A DNA stretch of 64,000 nucleotides from an uncultured virus (IMG/VR IMGVR_UViG_3300042945_003839) (lineage: Duplodnaviria; Heunggongvirae; Uroviricota; Caudoviricetes), in the IMG/VR virus record IMGVR_UViG_3300042945_003839; one strand, written 5' to 3'. The notes below the pieces were generated by a model, which did not search any database, was not told the DNA's origin, and was given only the letters and a program-made list of their open reading frames with translations. The position numbers were made by a program, and so were the translations under genes. Positions 58,928 to 64,000 of this stretch are shown in pieces; position 1 is the first letter of the stretch, and each line of letters begins with the position of its first letter.

Positions 58928-61900
58928 TTAGCCTCCTCCAGTGCCTGTTCCCAAGGTCAGCGTAGTACCAGTAAATTTAATTTTTTCTCCTGGCAAGAAA
59001 TATCTACCAGAAACACTAGCTACCCAAGAATTATCTCTAGGTGATATTGTATTACTAACATTTGTTAATAAAAGCCTGTAAGCACCTGACAATCCTGGAC
59101 CATCTATTAAAATAATTTGGCCAGATTGCAGTCCCACTCTTCCTAAAATGGAAAAATTAGCAGTTACAGGAGCATTAAACATGGTGGTATACCTTTCCAC
59201 TTGCTTTCTGACCGCCTCTCCAGATCCAAAATATCCACTTTTTTGTATAAACATTTTCCTAAAACCAATGAATCCAGGCAGTCCAATATCAGCAAGAGAC
59301 GCCCTATTCATATGCGCTGCAGAAACAAGACTGCCGTTTGGGGTTGAAGATACCACTCTTATCTCATTAACGATGTCTTCAACCTTTCTAGTAAAATTGT
59401 ATGTATCAGTAATGACATTCCACCATGGAACTAAATCTCTATCTGGACTGTTATATGTGTGAGAAAATATATGAGATGGTGGAGCTCTATATATTTCCCT
59501 AGAAGGGTCAGTGCTAGTGACCTGCATAATTTCCATTTCATCTGTAGGTATATCAAAATGCATTACCCCACGACGATCAAAATAGATTGTCTTACCAGAT
59601 ATAGTAGCAAATTTCTTTAAAATATCAGCATAGGAATCACCGGTATTAGGTTTATAAATTGGCTGATCCATAGTGCCATAACTTCCAGGTAAAACATAAT
59701 CATTGGCAATATAGTTTTCTCCATCATATGGAACTTCGTGATAATCACTATCAGATGGAGTAGTTACATACTTATATATGAGATGTGCCGGATCTCTACT
59801 GCTACGTTCATAAAAAAATCCAGCTCTTTGCATTACATCAAATACCGCATCATAGTCGCGCATGGCGTCATAAAAAGGAGCATTTAACCATGTCATACTA
59901 TTTAAAATACTATAGTAATCTTCAAGCTTACAGCTCATCTCAATATGAGTGTCCTTAATTGCATAAGAGCTGCTCCTGCAAAAACCAGTAAATAATAAAG
60001 TGTTCTCTTCATCTGGAACTTCATTTTCATGAGTGGCATAAAAAGCTTCCGTTATATTTGCAGGTCCATTATTAACATTTTGTGCGTTTAAACCAGCACC
60101 AAAAGTGTTAACTTTATAAGGATCTCTCCATGCTCTTACTTCAATATAAAAATATTTATCTTGCAAACTTGCAAGCAATGGAGTTTGGTCACCCTGATAT
60201 TCACCATAGCGAGCCATGCCATCAACATCTATTCTTTCTGCTTTCCTGACCCCATCAACCAAAGAGCCTTTGTCTGTCTGAACAGAAGTTATGTTTTCTA
60301 TCAGTGGAAGAGCATCAGCTTTATTTAAATAAAATTTTATGTTACCACTATGCTGCATAAATGATCTATCCGATCTGTCCCAAGAATCGCTGTACTCCAT
60401 CACATTAACGGTAACATCAGCAGCAACACCTTTCCATTGAGGCTTTGATCCCTCGGGAACAAATACGCTAAATCCATCGCATATTGGACGCGTAGCTCCC
60501 TCCAAAAGCCATAAAGAACCATTACTGCCTTTAAGAGTAATCGATCCAGATTTTAAGGTTACTGAAGGGTGTATTCTATTTACAAATTCTTTTCTATCAG
60601 TTATTCTATAAGATGTAACAATAGAGCTTGGATCAGCGTATTGACCTAAATAGGGCGGCCAATTTTTGTCACCATACAGATGAGGTCCAGTAATGCACAT
60701 TTTTTGGTTGGCAGAAAAAAGACTAGAATCCACGTTAACTAAAGATCCGCCAATAATTTCAGATATTCTACTACTACAGTGAGTGTAGTGAGGCTTTGAT
60801 TGTCCAGGCACTACCTTGCCGTTTTCATTTCTAATTAGATACTTGTCAATAAGGTTTGAAGAAACATTCCTAGAGCTGCCCTCCTCATACCCTCCAGCTG
60901 AGCGAAGTAATATATTGACAGCGCCATCATTGCCCTCCAAGTTAGTAATACCAACAGGATATGATATATTTAAGCTCGTTGTGTTTGGGTATGTAATTGG
61001 TGAAAAATTAAAAGCCATTCTTACGTGACCCATGTGAACAATAACATTTCCAGATAGCTTAATAGGAAATTTTTCACTATTTAATTTATCTTTTAATGCT
61101 GGATGATCTAAAAATGTACCATTGTTTTTAAATGGATTTTTATCGTCAAGAACATTAACAAGAAATATGTTGTCACGTAAGCCATAAACATCTTTAGTAA
61201 AACGCTGTCTAGAAACAGTGAATGACTGAGTTGTTCCAGATTCAAAAGTTACTTTTAATAAACCACGGAAATGCTGAAAATGTATTGAAAAATTTTCTTG
61301 ATTTAACAAGCTTGAGCCGCTAATGCCAAAATCAAATAACAATCTTGAATGACGCATGCCTGTAAAATCTAAAAATTTAGCCAAATTACCGTCATTATCA
61401 ACAACATCACATATTTCTGCGTCAGCAGTTACCTCCAACATGACAACAGAACTACGCTCAGGTATGATTAAAAAATATCTATTTTCTATACCACCATCTA
61501 TTTCTAAAACCACATAACTTTGGTCTGCTAAGTAATAATCTTTAGCATTTTTACTAACTATTCTGTTAACGTTAAATTTACCATTTTTTTGTTGGATAAA
61601 AGTTGGGCGACAAACACCAAAATTAGGAGTTAAAGTTCCGTTGTCTTCATTGTCAGCAGAAGTACACCCAGAATCTATATATTTATAACTATTTTGCATA
61701 GCATATCTAAATTCTTCTTGCGGATCTTCAACAATAGCTTTAGAATGACTTTGTGCAGTTTTATGAAATCTAAAAGTAAAATCTTCACCAGGGAATATAG
61801 GATTTGCTTTATAAAAACTTGCATGAACACCAGGGGGAAGACCAACATACGCAGGAACTCTTTCTGTGTCTAAAGAAGCATTGTTTTTATTTAACTTCAA

Positions 61901-62836
61901 ACCTCTTGTGGGAGATTGTGCAAAATCTATATCTGCCTTGGCCATCTCCTCAACAATATTAGAACTAATAACTTGCTCAATTCCCACATATCCCAGCAAC
62001 TGCTGAGTAACCTGATCTACTTCTTCAAATTCAAGAGCATCAAGAATAGATGAAGAATTCATATTGGACAAACCTTCGTCGTTAGAGAAGTTACTTGCTT
62101 GAGAATAATCATGAAAATCTGCTCCATTCGGATCTCCATTAATCATCTCAGAATCTGCTATAGACATCCAATAGTCATTAGGATTTTTATTTTTAAGTCT
62201 TTTTATAGTGGTAGTAATAGATTCTGATTTCATCCAAGTTCTTGCTTGAGGAACTAAAGAAGCAAAAAATTTGCCTTGAGCAGAAGCCAAAAATAAACCT
62301 ATATTATTTATAGTAAGATTACTGTTCTTTTTAAACACATCTTGCAAAGTGCTATACTCTGCACTAAACAAAGATCCTGATAAAATAAATATTTGGTGCT
62401 CCATTTTCACCAAATCAGCAGCAGTAGGATAACAGCTATCAGCGCCATCGTCTGAAAACCAACGGCCATTAGATAGTCTAGGGTTATAAGATGGATCTTT
62501 TGTAACGTTACCACTTGCAGACTCAATTGCATCTGAGCTGACTCCAGCAACCTCACCAGTAAACAAAAAACCACATACAGTATGAAAATAATTTGTATTC
62601 TTTTTGAAAGTTATGCCTATTGACGCATTTCCATCATCAACTGTTTCCAAAATTTTCATATCATTAGTTTGAACCTGACCCAAAGTAGAAGAGTTAAACT
62701 GATATGCATAATGCTGTCTTATTCTACTTCTAATAGGAACTGTATTTGGAAATATAGTAACTTCCATCCGCACAACACCAGCGCTATGCGGGACAACGTA
62801 GCCAGAACTGTCCCATCCGTTAGTAGCATCAACCAT
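58928..62836 (-). CDS. Baseplate hub-like protein (T4 gp27 / Mu gp44-type C-terminal region), 1302 aa
   Basis: C-terminal pattern LLFTGF..MSCKLEDY..DSYADILKKFATISGKTIYFDRRGVMHF..IVNEIRVVS..ANFSILGRVGLQSGQIILI..TNVSNTI..WVASVSG follows the hub/late-control-D layout. Recognised by eye. Confidence 0.6.
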   Translation of the reverse strand: MVDATNGWDSSGYVVPHSAGVVRMEVTIFPNTVPIRSRIRQHYAYQFNSSTLGQVQTNDMKILETVDDGNASIGITFKKNTNYFHTVCGFLFTGEVAGVSSDAIESASGNVTKDPSYNPRLSNGRWFSDDGADSCYPTAADLVKMEHQIFILSGSLFSAEYSTLQDVFKKNSNLTINNIGLFLASAQGKFFASLVPQARTWMKSESITTTIKRLKNKNPNDYWMSIADSEMINGDPNGADFHDYSQASNFSNDEGLSNMNSSSILDALEFEEVDQVTQQLLGYVGIEQVISSNIVEEMAKADIDFAQSPTRGLKLNKNNASLDTERVPAYVGLPPGVHASFYKANPIFPGEDFTFRFHKTAQSHSKAIVEDPQEEFRYAMQNSYKYIDSGCTSADNEDNGTLTPNFGVCRPTFIQQKNGKFNVNRIVSKNAKDYYLADQSYVVLEIDGGIENRYFLIIPERSSVVMLEVTADAEICDVVDNDGNLAKFLDFTGMRHSRLLFDFGISGSSLLNQENFSIHFQHFRGLLKVTFESGTTQSFTVSRQRFTKDVYGLRDNIFLVNVLDDKNPFKNNGTFLDHPALKDKLNSEKFPIKLSGNVIVHMGHVRMAFNFSPITYPNTTSLNISYPVGITNLEGNDGAVNILLRSAGGYEEGSSRNVSSNLIDKYLIRNENGKVVPGQSKPHYTHCSSRISEIIGGSLVNVDSSLFSANQKMCITGPHLYGDKNWPPYLGQYADPSSIVTSYRITDRKEFVNRIHPSVTLKSGSITLKGSNGSLWLLEGATRPICDGFSVFVPEGSKPQWKGVAADVTVNVMEYSDSWDRSDRSFMQHSGNIKFYLNKADALPLIENITSVQTDKGSLVDGVRKAERIDVDGMARYGEYQGDQTPLLASLQDKYFYIEVRAWRDPYKVNTFGAGLNAQNVNNGPANITEAFYATHENEVPDEENTLLFTGFCRSSSYAIKDTHIEMSCKLEDYYSILNSMTWLNAPFYDAMRDYDAVFDVMQRAGFFYERSSRDPAHLIYKYVTTPSDSDYHEVPYDGENYIANDYVLPGSYGTMDQPIYKPNTGDSYADILKKFATISGKTIYFDRRGVMHFDIPTDEMEIMQVTSTDPSREIYRAPPSHIFSHTYNSPDRDLVPWWNVITDTYNFTRKVEDIVNEIRVVSSTPNGSLVSAAHMNRASLADIGLPGFIGFRKMFIQKSGYFGSGEAVRKQVERYTTMFNAPVTANFSILGRVGLQSGQIILIDGPGLSGAYRLLLTNVSNTISPRDNSWVASVSGRYFLPGEKIKFTGTTLTLGTGTGGG

Positions 62837-63999
62837 TAATTAAGCTCCGAAAAAACAGAATCACTTATCGTTAAAAGATCGGGCTTTACAATACTATTTG
62901 TGATTGTAACGCCTCTTATAATATTACTATCATCTTCATAATATAACCTTATTACGTCATTACCTACGTAACAAGCACCAGGTGCCTTACCGTTGGTTTT
63001 AAGATTAGAATATGAATTTATAATAGACTCATTGCTTCCAATATTTTTTTCAAGCTGAGATAAACCTGATATTCTTTGACTATTTACGTCTGATATCAAG
63101 CCAAAATTAACAAAACTATTACCTGCTCTTATGGCCTCTACCATCCCTGATGGCATTTCTCCAACTACATAATAAGGATGGTAGGGCGAATGCTTAGGAT
63201 TATTTTTTGTTTGCATATATTTGACTACACTATTACTGCTATTGAGCCCCTGAAAAGAAGAGAGATCAAAATTTTGACCGAATATAGCGTTGCCTATCAT
63301 GTAAAATAGTGTAAGCTTACCAGATTGGAAATCATAGCAGCTAGAAATATTGTCTATAGAAACTGCCGAGCCAGGAAAGTATTCATTTTTTTCTGTGTCA
63401 ATAAAACTATCTTGATCATTTACTCCCCATTTAATGGGCCTAAAACCAAACAGTCTGCTCATGTTAAAAATGTTACTCCAATTTTGTCCATTTTGACTCC
63501 ACTTCATATGAACAAATCCGTCTTTTAATAAAAATGCTACTAATGATCCATTTCCTATAACTTCAAAAGTATATGGCTGATTCACAGCCCAATCATCATC
63601 TATATTGTTTTCATCAATAATCGGTATTGCAGGAACATTTATTCTTGGATAAAAAAGTTTTGATAAACCAAAAGAAGAAGATGGTATATTAACAGTATAA
63701 TCCCCAATCTGTATTATTGAACGATTATTACTTGTTGAGCTAGATGATTGATTTGCCTTTTCAGATTCGCCTTTAAATTTTATATTTTGACATATAGTAG
63801 TATTAATATTTTCTTTTAACAAAAATTCATTATCTGTATATCTAGCCTGTACAACATAAGCAGATTGAAGTCTAGCGATATTGTCAAATTCTTGAGGATT
63901 TTCAGAATACTGATCAAGACCCTGTATAATGTGATAGACTACAGGAGATAAGGCAATAACTGATTTGTCTGTACTAATGCTTATATTAAATATATTACT
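62836..63999 (-). CDS. Hypothetical structural protein, 5'-truncated by the window edge (>=387 aa)
   Basis: The frame is open from 63999 to the TAA at 62836 (no in-frame stop in 63823-63999), so the track's start at 63822 is probably internal. Asp-box-like KWSQNGQNW. TAATG coupling to the hub gene. Confidence 0.8.
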   Translation of the reverse strand, partial: SNIFNISISTDKSVIALSPVVYHIIQGLDQYSENPQEFDNIARLQSAYVVQARYTDNEFLLKENINTTICQNIKFKGESEKANQSSSSTSNNRSIIQIGDYTVNIPSSSFGLSKLFYPRINVPAIPIIDENNIDDDWAVNQPYTFEVIGNGSLVAFLLKDGFVHMKWSQNGQNWSNIFNMSRLFGFRPIKWGVNDQDSFIDTEKNEYFPGSAVSIDNISSCYDFQSGKLTLFYMIGNAIFGQNFDLSSFQGLNSSNSVVKYMQTKNNPKHSPYHPYYVVGEMPSGMVEAIRAGNSFVNFGLISDVNSQRISGLSQLEKNIGSNESIINSYSNLKTNGKAPGACYVGNDVIRLYYEDDSNIIRGVTITNSIVKPDLLTISDSVFSELN

Positions 64000-64000
64000 A

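Noticed and set aside
2821..63528. The many short (61-154 aa) plus-strand and alternate-frame ORFs in the track, e.g. 2821..3027, 3516..3776, 22396..22647, 25935..26330, 44797..45261, 59148..59462
   Set aside because: All lie within or opposite long minus-strand genes, carry no recognisable motifs, and have antisense-like composition.
63820..63822. Track-assigned TTG start of the last gene
   Set aside because: The frame remains open to the window edge, so the real start is probably upstream.
1..64000. Stop-codon reassignment (alternative genetic code)
   Set aside because: The standard code gives full-length, exactly abutting genes, with both TAA and TGA used as coupled stops. There is no fragmentation to explain. 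TAG use was not testable here.
1..64000. Eukaryotic giant virus or ordinary bacterial surface-protein locus
   Set aside because: Bacterial-style stop/start coupling, no obvious signal peptides and a hub-like gene favour a tailed phage. Not fully excluded, because hallmark genes are outside the window.
1..64000. tRNA, rRNA, IS elements, inteins or introns
   Set aside because: There is no intergenic space for RNA genes, and I noticed no transposase, homing-endonuclease or intein motifs in the translations.

Overview
AT-rich window (about one-third GC by eye) filled by one gene train on the minus strand. It holds 19 CDSs, almost all joined by TAATG/ATGA/GTGA overlaps or 1-12 nt gaps, and it is open at both window edges. 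The content best fits the tail-tip, baseplate and receptor-binding module of a jumbo tailed phage: a baseplate hub-like protein, very large FN3/Ig/beta-propeller/RCC1 proteins (1221-3288 aa), LamG domains and three tandem paralogous beta-helix proteins. No capsid, terminase, sheath or replication gene is visible, so 'phage' is an inference. The ORF track misses a >=2494-aa gene at 1..7482 because it runs off the left edge. Translated by hand it is a multi-enzyme protein: beta-helix, GH42/GHL6-like barrel with trimerisation domain, a second DxE-type GH-like barrel, and an SGNH O-acetylesterase with its catalytic motifs. A 1708-aa protein carries three dockerin-type Ca-binding modules of the kind common in Planctomycetota surface proteins, two of them from a recent 195-bp duplication. 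A GT4 glycosyltransferase sits inside the structural gene train. Leading hypothesis: a phage, probably of a Planctomycetota/PVC host, whose tail tip is a dockerin-bearing, multi-CAZyme and possibly glycosylated assembly built from captured host surface modules. All domain calls are by-eye motif recognition; no database searches were run.
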